Positions 9,743 to 19,642 are shown, counted from the stretch's first letter. The stretch is DNA of 64,000 nucleotides from Candidatus Indicimonas acetifermentans (GCA_947581815.1 CANPVX010000002.1:381-64380); one strand, 5' to 3'. Program-made: numbers and translations. The notes: generated from the letters alone by a model not told the origin.

Positions 9743-10723
9743 ATGCCGTTCGACTTGGAGCGTGTGGAAATGATCACTATCGATGATGTTCGGAGCGCAC
9801 AGACAAAGATCGCCTCGTACGTCACCCGAACGCCGACGGTGCCGAGCCGAACCCTCAGCGAACGCCTCGGCACGAATATCTATCTGAAGCTCGAGCTCTT
9901 CCAGAAGACGGGTTCGTTCAAGCCTCGCGGCGTCTTCAACCGAATGTTGCGGCTGAGCGACGAAGAGAAGAAACCGGGCGTCGTCGGCTTCAGCGGAGGC
10001 AACTTCGCCCAAGCGCTCGCTTACGGAGGACGAACGCTAGGGATCCGCACGCACATCTTCATGCCGGAGTACACGCCCAAGAATTACGTGGAGGCGACGC
10101 GAGGCTACGGCACGGAGCTCGAGCTGACGCCGACCTTGCAGGGGATAATCGAGGGGGCGGAGCGCTACAGTCGCCGAGGATGGACTTTCATCCACCCATA
10201 CGATGACCCCTTCATGATGGGGGGGCACGGCACTCTCGGCCTCGAGCTCCTCGAGGACGTTCCGGAGCTCACCGACGTGGTGGTGAGCATCGGGGGCGGC
10301 GGGTTAATGAGCGGCGTGGTGACCGCCATCAAGTCCGTCAAACCGAACGCCCGAGTTTGGGGCGTCGAAACCGAAGGGGCCGATGCCATGGCTCGTGCCC
10401 TAGAAGCCGGGAAAGTGGTTGAGATCCAGCCCACCTCGATCGCCAAGACGCTCGGCGCGCCCAACGTCGCCGAAGATGCGCTGACGATTGCTCAACAGCA
10501 CCTCGAGAGCGTCACGGTCGTCCCCGACAAGGAAGCCTTCGAGGCGCTGAAGTTCCTGCTCGAGCGCGCCAAGGTTTTGGCCGAGCCCGCAGCGTCGTGC
10601 ACCCTGGCCGCCGCTGAGCGACTCCGGATGAATTTCTCGAACGATCACCAGGTCGTCTTGATCCTCTGTGGCGGCAACGTCTCTTTGAGCGATCTGGGCG
10701 AGTTCGAGAAGCGGTTCGGCTAG
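9743..10723 (+). CDS. threonine/serine dehydratase-like PLP-dependent enzyme (fold type II)
   Basis: The KTGSFKPRG PLP-lysine motif and a glycine-rich GGGG loop. The ORF opens at 9695; the start was chosen at the MPFDLE Met. Confidence 0.8.
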   Translation: MPFDLERVEMITIDDVRSAQTKIASYVTRTPTVPSRTLSERLGTNIYLKLELFQKTGSFKPRGVFNRMLRLSDEEKKPGVVGFSGGNFAQALAYGGRTLGIRTHIFMPEYTPKNYVEATRGYGTELELTPTLQGIIEGAERYSRRGWTFIHPYDDPFMMGGHGTLGLELLEDVPELTDVVVSIGGGGLMSGVVTAIKSVKPNARVWGVETEGADAMARALEAGKVVEIQPTSIAKTLGAPNVAEDALTIAQQHLESVTVVPDKEAFEALKFLLERAKVLAEPAASCTLAAAERLRMNFSNDHQVVLILCGGNVSLSDLGEFEKRFG

Positions 10724-10786
10724 GCGAGCTTCGCCTCCGGGGCGCGGAGGCAGTGGCGGGGCCGAGCGCCGTCAGCCCGATCGCCC

Positions 10787-11935
10787 TCAACCGGTGTGGA
10801 ACTCCTCGAGCGCCGCAACGACCCGTTCGAGCTCGGCCGTTGTGAGCTCGGCGAATAACGGGAGGCTGAGGACCTCCCGGGCGGCTCGCTCGGCCCCCGG
10901 AAACTCTCCCTCACGATACTCCAGATGCGAAAAGCACGGCTGTTGATGGAGACAGACCGGGTAATAGACGCCGGCGCCGATTCCGCGCTCGGCGAGGTGC
11001 GCCTTCAGCTCATCCCTGCGGGCCGCTCGTATCGTGTAGAGATGGTAGACGTGAAAACGATCGGCCTCCGCCGGCGGCGTTGCGACCCCGCCCCCAGCGA
11101 TCCCCGCCAATCTCCGATCGTAGAACGCCGCCTTCGCGCGGCGCGATTCGATCCAGCCGTCCAGATGACGCAGCTTCACTGTTAGCACCGCAGCCTGGAC
11201 GGCATCGAGGCGGGAGTTGATGCCCACCTCATCGTGTTGGTAGCTCAACGCTCCTCGTCCGTGTCCGTGGACCCGTAAGCTCGACAAGCGCTCGGCCAGC
11301 GCGTCGTCGTCGGTGACGACGAGACCGCCATCGCCCCACGCTCCCAGGTTCTTCGTCGGATAAAAGGAGAAGCAGCCGAGGGTTCCGATCGTGCCCGCCG
11401 AACGCCACTGCCCGTCGATCGAGGTCCGGGCTCCGATCGCCTGCGCCGCATCCTCGATGAGCGTGATGCCTCGCCCGGTCGCCAGCTCGAGGATGGGGCC
11501 CATCGCCGCCATCTGCCCAAAAAGGTGTACCGCGACTATGGCGCGCGTACGCTCGGTTATCGCATCTGCGATCGCATGGGGATCGACGTTGAACGTACGT
11601 GGATCGATGTCAACGAAGACGGGTCGCCCGCCCGCGTTGTGTATCGCGCCGGCTGTCGCAAAGAACGTAAAAGGCGACGTGATGACCTCATCGCCGGGCT
11701 TCAGGTCGAGCAGGCGCAGCGAGAGATCGAGAGCGTCGGTGCCGTTCGCGACACCGAAGACGTGTCGCGCGCCGAGATACTTTGCCATGGCTGCTTCGAA
11801 CTCGGCCACCGTCGCGCCCAGGATGAAGGCCTGCGCATCGACCACTGCAGCGACGGCCGCCATCAGCTCGTCTGCTATGGGAGCGTGCTGCCGACTCAAA
11901 TCCCGAAAAGGTATCGGAGTCTCTTCCGCCGCCAT
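10787..11935 (-). CDS. DegT/DnrJ/EryC1/StrS-family PLP sugar aminotransferase
   Basis: 382 aa. N-terminal region EFEAAMAKYLGARHVFGVANGTDALDL and overall architecture are typical of the family. Confidence 0.85.
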   Translation of the reverse strand: MAAEETPIPFRDLSRQHAPIADELMAAVAAVVDAQAFILGATVAEFEAAMAKYLGARHVFGVANGTDALDLSLRLLDLKPGDEVITSPFTFFATAGAIHNAGGRPVFVDIDPRTFNVDPHAIADAITERTRAIVAVHLFGQMAAMGPILELATGRGITLIEDAAQAIGARTSIDGQWRSAGTIGTLGCFSFYPTKNLGAWGDGGLVVTDDDALAERLSSLRVHGHGRGALSYQHDEVGINSRLDAVQAAVLTVKLRHLDGWIESRRAKAAFYDRRLAGIAGGGVATPPAEADRFHVYHLYTIRAARRDELKAHLAERGIGAGVYYPVCLHQQPCFSHLEYREGEFPGAERAAREVLSLPLFAELTTAELERVVAALEEFHTG

Positions 11936-11952
11936 CTAATCCGTGCCCACGA

Positions 11953-12195
11953 TCATCGGTCTCCTCCCTGCGAACCGCGACCCCCCCCATCTGTCGGCGA
12001 CCCGGGCGCTATCTCCCCCGCCGCCATCGACCAACCAAGCGCTGCATGCGCCTCAAGCTCCACGAGCCGCCGGAGATCTTCGGTCGTCGGCTCGGGCTCG
12101 AACCCCGGCGGCATACGCGGCCCGGACCTGAACGGCCAGACCGAGTATGCCACTGCCACTAGAGCGAGCGCGACCGCCACCAGCATCCACATCAC
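11953..12195 (-). CDS. hypothetical single-TM small protein (80 aa), ATGA-coupled to the upstream CcmF-like gene
   Basis: One N-terminal hydrophobic helix (MMWMLVAVALALVAVAYSV) followed by a charged tail. The start overlaps the stop of the 12192..14189 gene. Confidence 0.35.
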   Translation of the reverse strand: MMWMLVAVALALVAVAYSVWPFRSGPRMPPGFEPEPTTEDLRRLVELEAHAALGWSMAAGEIAPGSPTDGGGRGSQGGDR

Positions 12196-14189
12196 GCCCC
12201 GCGCCCCTCTTGAACCGGATACTCCCGCCCCGGAAGATCCGAGATACCCCCGATCAACATCGAAAACAACAGTAGCCCTCCACCGAGCCAGGCCAGGTTC
12301 GCAAGCGGTCGCCCCGCTAGCCTGATGAAAACGTCTTCGCCCTCTCCTCGACTCACGATGCTCACGCTGATGTCCGTCAACACTCCGCGCTCCAGAGCCG
12401 GCTTGCGAGTCTGTCGCCTCGACACGAAGTCATAGATGGACTGCGCGCTGACGACCTTCGGCGCGCGACCTCCCCGCGAGAGCATGAAGCTCGCCGCGGT
12501 CTTGTCCAGGCTGCCGGTCTGGAAGCGGGAAAGGCCGAGGTAGGTGATTTGCACGCTGCCACCAGCGAAGGGGGGGGAGGCCAAGTCGAGCCTGTCGCCC
12601 GGCCTTAGCAAACGTGTGTCCGACCGCGTGGCGGCCCCGGCGGCAAGAGCGAGGACGAGCAGCGCGACTCCGAGGTGCCCGAAGATCGACGCCATCCGCC
12701 GTCCCCCCCGCGCTCGCCAAACCGCTACAACAACGGGCGGGTCGGCCGGGGTCGCGCGCCGGGCCGCGGCCCTTACAGCTCGCAGGCGAAGCGCCTCGAG
12801 CAGCAGCCCGGCGAGCAAGACCGCGACGATGCCGCTGATCAGCGCGAACACGATCGAGCTCGTTCCCAGTGCGAAGTAAACGATAGCTCCAATGAGAGCG
12901 CCGGGCGCCCCGAGTCCCGCGAGTAGTGGCCAACCTACCGTGCGATTGTTCAGGGGTCGGAGGATCAGCCAAACGACGATAGCGGCCAAGCCGAACATCA
13001 CAGCGACCCACACGACCCAGCCCCGCGGCGGACCGGCCAGCAGCGACGTTATCGCGACCAACCCGGCGAAGCCGAGAGCCAGCAGGCCGCCCAGAAGAGC
13101 GTACAAGCCGAACCCGGGCACTTTCTGCACTTGGGGCAGACCCCGGTCGCCGCGGCCGAGCCCGGCCATCGCACCGGACAGGACTCCGACGGCCAAGCCC
13201 GCGCTCCAGAGAGTGGCCGGCGGGATACCACCTCGAGCGCCAACGAGGGCCCCCGTAGCACCCAAACAGGTGGGAAAGAGGGCCACGCCGAGCACGCGCC
13301 TCCAGCGGATGGCCCAGCCGGGTACGCTCAGCCCACCCGGCGCGTGTACGTACGCGATCGCGATCAGCCACGACGCCGCGTGTGTCGCGGTGCGGGCGAC
13401 CCCGCTGGGGTCGAGCAGCTGCGCCGTGTCTGAGTAGGCGCGCCAGGCCGCCGCCACCAGCGCGACGGTGAGGAAGGCGCCGGCGAGAAAGGCCGGCCAG
13501 CGCCCGCGACGCTGGGGCGCGCGGGGGGGGGTCTCGACCATCTGCTCACCTACAACACCCGCGAAAGTGAGCGCCGCGAAAGTGGATGCCAGGAACGACG
13601 CCCACAGTTCGACCTGATAAGTGACGTTCTGGAGCGACTCCTCGAGTCCGGACCCAACGGTCGCCGGAACCTCCGGCTGGTAGAACGGCCGGCCACGAAA
13701 GAGCACGATCGCCAAGCCCACGAATGCGAGCAGAGCGAGGCTGCCGGTGCGCGCCGACGCTTGACGTGTGTGATCCAGCCGCCGGCTCAGCGTCGCGCAC
13801 AGGGTCACCAGGAAGAGCTGAGTGAGCGCCGCGCCCCGCGGCTCGGTCCAGAGCGCGGCCAGCCTCCATCCGGGGGCCATCTGGAAGCCGGAGTTGGCGG
13901 CGACGTAGGAATACCCGAGCTGTACGCTGACCAGAGCGTAGCCGAGCCCGCCGAGGGCCAGCAGCAGCATGACCATCGCCCCGTCGACCAGACGCCCACC
14001 CATCATGGCCAGGTCGCCCCCGCCCCGGTCCCGCCAAGCTCCAGCAGTCAAGGCGACTGATGCGGCGCCCAGGAGCGGCAGCGCCACCCAGAGACTGAGG
14101 TCGCCTAACTCAGCCAACGATCTCCGGAGCCGGCTCTTCGAATCATCCTGCTCTGGCGCGCGCTTGCTCGATGGCCCACTCGACGGCAC
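12192..14189 (-). CDS. CcmF/NrfE-like polytopic membrane protein (divergent; canonical WWD heme-handling motif not found)
   Basis: 665 aa. N-terminal block VQLGYSYVAANSGFQMAPGWRLAALWTEPRGAALTQLFLV aligns with the CcmF block NDFxVxYVAxNSN...WGxHEGSLLLW. The C-terminal soluble domain (GDRLDLA...YLGLSRF...IRLAGRPLANLAWLGGGLLL) resembles the CcmF C-terminus. The start may lie downstream, because the ORF overlaps the LOG gene by 47 nt. Confidence 0.6.
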   Translation of the reverse strand: MPSSGPSSKRAPEQDDSKSRLRRSLAELGDLSLWVALPLLGAASVALTAGAWRDRGGGDLAMMGGRLVDGAMVMLLLALGGLGYALVSVQLGYSYVAANSGFQMAPGWRLAALWTEPRGAALTQLFLVTLCATLSRRLDHTRQASARTGSLALLAFVGLAIVLFRGRPFYQPEVPATVGSGLEESLQNVTYQVELWASFLASTFAALTFAGVVGEQMVETPPRAPQRRGRWPAFLAGAFLTVALVAAAWRAYSDTAQLLDPSGVARTATHAASWLIAIAYVHAPGGLSVPGWAIRWRRVLGVALFPTCLGATGALVGARGGIPPATLWSAGLAVGVLSGAMAGLGRGDRGLPQVQKVPGFGLYALLGGLLALGFAGLVAITSLLAGPPRGWVVWVAVMFGLAAIVVWLILRPLNNRTVGWPLLAGLGAPGALIGAIVYFALGTSSIVFALISGIVAVLLAGLLLEALRLRAVRAAARRATPADPPVVVAVWRARGGRRMASIFGHLGVALLVLALAAGAATRSDTRLLRPGDRLDLASPPFAGGSVQITYLGLSRFQTGSLDKTAASFMLSRGGRAPKVVSAQSIYDFVSRRQTRKPALERGVLTDISVSIVSRGEGEDVFIRLAGRPLANLAWLGGGLLLFSMLIGGISDLPGREYPVQEGRGA

Positions 14190-14613
14190 CCTCGGGGGAT
14201 TCCGCTTCAGGTATGGGAAGCGTTGGGAGATCCGATTTCAGGCGAATGAGGGGAACTTCGTTCTTCAAACAGAACGCCGCCTCCGCAAGCGTCCCCCAGG
14301 CGCCCCCGACGGCGATCACCGCGTCGGACGCCCGCACGATCACCACGTTTCGGGCATCGCCCATCCCAGTTGGGATGGCGAGCATGATGCCGGCGTTTGC
14401 GCTACGAGGATCGTCTCCTGGAAGTATGCCCAACGTTAGGCCGCCGGCATCAGACGCGCCCAGTGCGGCCGCTTCCATCACGCCTCCGAGTCCCCCGCAC
14501 ACGAGCACGGCTCCGGCGCGCGCGATGAGCGCACCTACCTCGCGAGCCGTCGCGGCGGCCTCCCGGCTGCACTCGCCGCCACCGATCACACCGATTCGCA
14601 GCGGTACTTTCAA
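14143..14613 (-). CDS. TIGR00725/LOG-family Rossmann-fold protein
   Basis: 156 aa. IGVIGGG...VCGGLGGVMEAA...PTGMGD pattern typical of the LOG/SLOG clade. Confidence 0.7.
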   Translation of the reverse strand: MKVPLRIGVIGGGECSREAAATAREVGALIARAGAVLVCGGLGGVMEAAALGASDAGGLTLGILPGDDPRSANAGIMLAIPTGMGDARNVVIVRASDAVIAVGGAWGTLAEAAFCLKNEVPLIRLKSDLPTLPIPEAESPEGAVEWAIEQARARAG

Positions 14614-14620
14614 GACGCCC

Positions 14621-16138
14621 TCACGCCTGACCGCCGACGTTCACACCGGGTCCACGCGCCCAAGCCGCAGCCGCATAGATCGCCCGGCGCCAACCCGATA
14701 GCAGCGCATCACGATCCGCCGCCGGCAGCCCGGGCTCGAAGCGCCGCTCCACCCGCTGCAGCGCGCGAACCTCTTCGGGGCTGGACAGAACGCCCGCCGT
14801 GAGGCCGGCCAGCGTCGCCGCACCGTATGCAGTCGTCTCGATCACCTGCGGCCTCACGACCGGCAGTTGGGCGATGTCCGCCTGGAACTGCATGAGCCAA
14901 TCGTTTTTCGCCGCCCCGCCGTCCACCCGTAGCTCGCTGACCGCGCGACCCGCATCGGCCGCCATCGCCGCCAAGAGATCATTGACCGAATAGGCCATCG
15001 ACTCGAGAGCCGCTCGAACCAGATGGCGCCGTCCGCTTCCCCGGGTTAGACCGACCAGGGTGCCCCTGGCTTCGGGCAGCCAATGGGGCGCTCCCAGACC
15101 CACAAATGCGGGCACGAAGTAAACGCCGTCGTTCGAATCAAGCGACCTCGCAATCTCCTCCGTCTCCTCGGCGTCGCCGAGAATACCGAGCTCGTCACGC
15201 AACCACTGGACGGCCGCGCCCGCGATGAAGACCGAACCCTCCAGCGCATAGGCGGCCTCTCCCTTCGCTCCTGCCGCCACGGTTGTGAGCAAGCCCCGGC
15301 TCGATGGCACGACCTGGTCGCCCGTATGGACGAGCAGGAAAGCGCCCGTTCCGTATGTGCACTTCCCCAAGCCCGCTTCCCAGGCGCCCTGTCCGTACAA
15401 AGCCGACTGTTGATCGCCCATCACGCCCGCCACCGGCGCCTCGAACCCGACCGCGTCTCCCTGCGTCATCCCGAACACGCTTCCGGACGGAAGGACCTCT
15501 GGAAGGACCGCCAGGGGAACTCCCAGAATATCGCAGAGCTCCGGATCCCAGCGCAGCTCGTCTATACGGTAGAGCTGTGTGCGCGAGGCGTTCGTCGGTT
15601 CCGTGGCGTGTAGGCGCTCGCCGCTGAGCTTCCAGAGCAGCCAGCTGTCGATCGTGCCGACCGCCAGCTCTCCCGCTTCAGCTCGGGGTCTCGCTCCGGG
15701 TACGTGCTCCAGCAACCACGCGACCTTGGTCCCTGAGAAATACGGGTCGATGACCAACCCCGAACGCTCGCGAATCAGAGGCGCGTGGCCGGCCGCCTCC
15801 AGCTCGCGAGTTTGTGGCGCGGTCCGCCGGTCCTGCCAGACGATCGCCCGGTGGACGGGTTCTCCGCTCTCGCGATCCCAGAGCACTACGGTCTCGCGTT
15901 GGTTCGTGATCCCGACTGCGGAAATTTCTCCCACATCGCGGCCAGCCGCAGCGAGCGCACCGCGCACCGTTTCCTGAACCGAGCTCCAGATGTCCTCGGG
16001 ATCGTGCTCCACCCAGCCGGGCTGGGGATAGAACTGCTGGATCTCACGGTAGGCTCGGCCGACGATCCGGCCATCCCGATCGATCGCCAGTGCCGTAGTC
16101 CCCGTCGTCCCCTGGTCGATCGATAGGATAGTACTCAT
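14621..16138 (-). CDS. glpK: glycerol kinase
   Basis: 505 aa. MSTILSIDQGTTGTTA...YPQPGWVEHDP is the canonical FGGY/GlpK N-terminus. Confidence 0.95.
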   Translation of the reverse strand: MSTILSIDQGTTGTTALAIDRDGRIVGRAYREIQQFYPQPGWVEHDPEDIWSSVQETVRGALAAAGRDVGEISAVGITNQRETVVLWDRESGEPVHRAIVWQDRRTAPQTRELEAAGHAPLIRERSGLVIDPYFSGTKVAWLLEHVPGARPRAEAGELAVGTIDSWLLWKLSGERLHATEPTNASRTQLYRIDELRWDPELCDILGVPLAVLPEVLPSGSVFGMTQGDAVGFEAPVAGVMGDQQSALYGQGAWEAGLGKCTYGTGAFLLVHTGDQVVPSSRGLLTTVAAGAKGEAAYALEGSVFIAGAAVQWLRDELGILGDAEETEEIARSLDSNDGVYFVPAFVGLGAPHWLPEARGTLVGLTRGSGRRHLVRAALESMAYSVNDLLAAMAADAGRAVSELRVDGGAAKNDWLMQFQADIAQLPVVRPQVIETTAYGAATLAGLTAGVLSSPEEVRALQRVERRFEPGLPAADRDALLSGWRRAIYAAAAWARGPGVNVGGQA

Positions 16139-16157
16139 CGTCGGCCGCCGACCTCAG

Positions 16158-17234
16158 TCACTCGGAGCACTCTCCTCTTTTCTTGCGGCTCTCCGAAAGC
16201 GCCGCCAGCGACTCGCGATATGGCGGCCGGAAGATCCCTTTCTCTGTGATCAAGCCGGCGATGAGCCGCGCCGGTGTCACGTCGAAGGCCTCCGAGAACA
16301 CCGCCACATCATCCGGCGCCGTCTGCCGGCCAAAGCCGCGAGACAACTCCTCAGCGGCCCGCTCCTCGATCCGTATCTCCTCACCGGAAGACAGCGTCAG
16401 ATCGAACGTAGACGTTGGAGCCGCGACGTAGAACGGGATCCCATGGTGAGCCGCCGCGATCGCCAGCGCATACGTGCCGATCTTGTTCGCCACATCCCCG
16501 TTGGCGACGATCCGGTCCGCACCGACGATGACGACGTTGACGCCCAACCGGTGCATCGCCGCCGCTGCCGCGCCATCCGCAACCAGCGTAACATCCAGAC
16601 CCGCGCGGCCAAGTTCCCAAGCCGTGAGGCGGCTCCCCTGTAAGAGCGGTCGCGTCTCGGTCGCCACGATCTTCACTCTCAGCCCGCGCTCCGCCGCGAG
16701 ATAGAGCGGGGCGAGCGCCGTCCCTATCCCGCCGGTTGCCAGCGCGCCGGCGTTGCAGTGGGTGAGGACTGTGGATCCCTGATCCAGCAGCGGCAAGCCG
16801 TGCTCGCCGATTTGGCGGCACATCTCTCGATCCTCCTCGAGGATCGCCGTGGCTTCGGCGCGCATTTTACGCCACAGCTCAACGTTCGTGGCGGCGGGTA
16901 GCTCGGTCGCAAGAGCAGCGACCCGATCGACGGCCCACTTCAGGTTGGCCCCCGTTGGTCGCGCAGCACGCAGCTGATCCGCGTGCCTCATCAGACGCGC
17001 GCGGAGCTCGGGCTCGGACAGATCGAGGTATGGCTTCAGCGATGCGACGAGCCCCATCGCGCCGGCGATACCGATCGCCGGTGCGCCCCGCACTCTCAGA
17101 GCTCGTATCGCCTCGACCAGATCATCGATCTGAACCAGATCGACCTCACGGTATTCTGTAGGGAGAAGCGTCTGATCGATGATGCGAACGGAATCACCGT
17201 GCCAGCGAACAGCGCGCGGGATCTCGATGCTCAC
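16158..17234 (-). CDS. mtnA: S-methyl-5-thioribose-1-phosphate isomerase (eIF-2B-like family)
   Basis: 358 aa. RWHGDSVRIIDQTLLP...VRGAPAIGIAGAMG is the MtnA signature. Confidence 0.85.
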   Translation of the reverse strand: MSIEIPRAVRWHGDSVRIIDQTLLPTEYREVDLVQIDDLVEAIRALRVRGAPAIGIAGAMGLVASLKPYLDLSEPELRARLMRHADQLRAARPTGANLKWAVDRVAALATELPAATNVELWRKMRAEATAILEEDREMCRQIGEHGLPLLDQGSTVLTHCNAGALATGGIGTALAPLYLAAERGLRVKIVATETRPLLQGSRLTAWELGRAGLDVTLVADGAAAAAMHRLGVNVVIVGADRIVANGDVANKIGTYALAIAAAHHGIPFYVAAPTSTFDLTLSSGEEIRIEERAAEELSRGFGRQTAPDDVAVFSEAFDVTPARLIAGLITEKGIFRPPYRESLAALSESRKKRGECSE

Positions 17235-17818
17235 GGCGTCTTTTTGAGCTTCACAACATTTCCGAAGGCGTACCGATACCCGAATCGGCGAAACAACACG
17301 AGGAGTAGCTGGATGGGCAGGCCCATGACGTTGAAGTAGTCACCCTCGATGCGCTCGACGATCGCCGCGCCGAAACCCTGGATGCCATAGGCGCCCGCTT
17401 TATCCATGGACTCGCCCATCGCAACGTACTGGGCGCATTCGTCAGGATCAAGCGAGCGAAACCAGACTCGCGTCGACTCGACAGCGCTTTCTATGCGGTC
17501 GGGATTCGCCACGGCGATCCCCGTGTAGACGGTGTGCTCATCCCCAGCCAACCGCGCAACCATCTCGATCGCCTCGCGCTCCGACCCCGGCTTGCCAAGA
17601 ACCTCACCTTGGTGGACGACCAGGGTGTCGCACCCGACGGAGAGCGCATCCCACTCCACCGTGGCGCCTGCCTTGAGTCGGGCGAGGCGCTCCGCCGCCG
17701 CCGGCGGCGCTTCACCCGGTTCCACCAACTCATCGACGTCGGCCGCGCGCACAGAGTGATCGAGCCCCAACCGCTTCAGGATCTCAGCGCGTCGCGGTGA
17801 GCGCGATGCAAGTATCAA
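17231..17818 (-). CDS. maf: Maf-like nucleoside triphosphate pyrophosphatase
   Basis: 195 aa. ILASRSPRRAEIL motif. Confidence 0.88.
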   Translation of the reverse strand: MILASRSPRRAEILKRLGLDHSVRAADVDELVEPGEAPPAAAERLARLKAGATVEWDALSVGCDTLVVHQGEVLGKPGSEREAIEMVARLAGDEHTVYTGIAVANPDRIESAVESTRVWFRSLDPDECAQYVAMGESMDKAGAYGIQGFGAAIVERIEGDYFNVMGLPIQLLLVLFRRFGYRYAFGNVVKLKKTP

Positions 17819-17885
17819 GTGTGGCGGACGCTCTCCCGTCAGAGGGCTCTCCCTTCCTTAGCCAGAACGCCGAAGGCTTCGCCGC

Positions 17886-19148
17886 TTAGAATTTTCGCAA
17901 GAGAATCCCGTCTCTGGACATACGAGCCGAGTCGAGAGCCCCGAGAGCATGGCCAACGGCGAGCATGTAGCGGTCGGAACGCTGTTCGACGTCCGTGTAG
18001 AGAGATAGCGATAGGTTGCTGAAGAGGTACTCCTCGGAATTGATATCGAGCTCCCTCACCTTCAGCACGCCGCTCAGCGCGCGCGCCAGGACGAGCTCGC
18101 CGGCGACGAGCACCGGGTCGCCGTGCATGAGGAGCGCAGCGCTTGGACTGTCGCCTGCCGAATCACCTCCGGTCACGCGACCGACGCGCATGAACCCGTA
18201 GCGGTCCACGGCGTAGACGTAGCGACCAGGGCGCAGGCGTTGTACTGTCTCGGCCGACAGCACGGGGTTACCGATCCAGCGGCCCACCAGCTGTTGGAAA
18301 TCCCGATAGCGATGTTGGAGTGCGATCTCGCCTTCTTTGTTTGGGAAGAGGACACCTTCATTTTCGCGCTGCAGCCACTCAACCAGGGATGGTCCAGGAA
18401 CGAAGCCGAGGACTCCGTCGGCGACGCTGTCTATCCCGATCTCGCTGTTTCGATCCAGAAGTCTGAGATAGCCTTCGCGTCCCCTTATCACATCGGCGGG
18501 CGGCAGCGCGTAGATGTCGAAGGCGGGATCGAGCTCGTAGTCGCTGGCCTGAGGTGCGCGCGGATCCGGTCTCCCGCTATCGACGGCGGCCAGGTAACGG
18601 GCGACGGCCTTGCTGTAACTCGCCAGCGGACCGCTCGCCCGCTCGGTCACGCCGGTCAGCTGGGCGCGCTTCGCCCAAAGAAGCCAGCGATGCTCCTGTA
18701 TCGTGAAGACCTGCACGTAGGCCGGCTCGCCAACGAGTGTGCCCCTGATGAAGCGACCGAGATAGCCAGGCGGAACTTCGTGCGACAGGTGCGACAGGGT
18801 ATCCGAGGGTTGGATGTCCTCCAGCGCGACGCCTCCCGTCGGCAGTCTCAGCCGGCTGACGATGCGGCGCGCGGCTCTAGGATTGGGGGCGATGATACGA
18901 AGGGTGGTTTCCACGAGGCGCAACGTGTCCGGGAGATCCGACGACAGATCGAGGGGGCCGAGCACGAAGAAACCGGAATCGGTAGGAAGATGTCGATTCA
19001 GCGTCGCGACGGCCGCGTGCTGCCAGACGGACCCTGCCACGAAGGGGATGGCATTGGGGTCCCAAGAAGTCTGGGCTGTCGCGAGCTGGGGAGGCGAGCT
19101 GGCGATGAGCAGGGCGATGAAGCCCGGAAGAGCTGGCGGGATTCTCAA
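17886..19148 (-). CDS. hypothetical secreted protein (420 aa, signal peptide)
   Basis: N-terminal signal peptide MRIPPALPGFIALLIASSPPQLATAQ. No recognisable catalytic motif. Confidence 0.55.
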   Translation of the reverse strand: MRIPPALPGFIALLIASSPPQLATAQTSWDPNAIPFVAGSVWQHAAVATLNRHLPTDSGFFVLGPLDLSSDLPDTLRLVETTLRIIAPNPRAARRIVSRLRLPTGGVALEDIQPSDTLSHLSHEVPPGYLGRFIRGTLVGEPAYVQVFTIQEHRWLLWAKRAQLTGVTERASGPLASYSKAVARYLAAVDSGRPDPRAPQASDYELDPAFDIYALPPADVIRGREGYLRLLDRNSEIGIDSVADGVLGFVPGPSLVEWLQRENEGVLFPNKEGEIALQHRYRDFQQLVGRWIGNPVLSAETVQRLRPGRYVYAVDRYGFMRVGRVTGGDSAGDSPSAALLMHGDPVLVAGELVLARALSGVLKVRELDINSEEYLFSNLSLSLYTDVEQRSDRYMLAVGHALGALDSARMSRDGILLRKF

Positions 19149-19153
19149 CGCGA

Positions 19154-19594
19154 TCAGTCCCTTTCGAGTAAGAGTGTCACAGGTCCATCGTTGACCAAGT
19201 CGACTTCCATCATCGCACCGAATACACCGGTAGCGACGGGGATCGTTCCCTGGCGCAGGAGATCCACGAATCGATGGTAGAGCCCCTCCGCTGAGGAGGA
19301 TTCGGCTGCATCCACGAACGAGGGCCGGCGCCCTTTGCTGACGTCGCCGTAGAGCGTGAATTGTGAAACCACCAGAAATTCGCCGCCCGCCTCGTCGATA
19401 GGAAGGTTCATCTTCCCCTGGGCGTCGGGAAACAGGCGCAAGCCGCGGACTTTCTCGGCCATCCAGGCGAGCGCGGCATCGCTTTCGCCGGCTCGAAACC
19501 CGACTAGCAGCGCGTAGCCGCGTCCAATGGAGCCGACGACCTCGCCATCGACGCGAACCTCGGCTCGGGAGACTCGTTGGAGGACTATGCGCAC
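19154..19594 (-). CDS. dtd: D-aminoacyl-tRNA deacylase
   Basis: 146 aa. MRIVLQRV...SQFTLYGD is the Dtd fold signature. Confidence 0.9.
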   Translation of the reverse strand: MRIVLQRVSRAEVRVDGEVVGSIGRGYALLVGFRAGESDAALAWMAEKVRGLRLFPDAQGKMNLPIDEAGGEFLVVSQFTLYGDVSKGRRPSFVDAAESSSAEGLYHRFVDLLRQGTIPVATGVFGAMMEVDLVNDGPVTLLLERD

Positions 19595-19642
19595 TTTTTG
19601 GCTTCGGCGCGACGACCGGTTATAAAGGCGCGTTGCAGCCGC

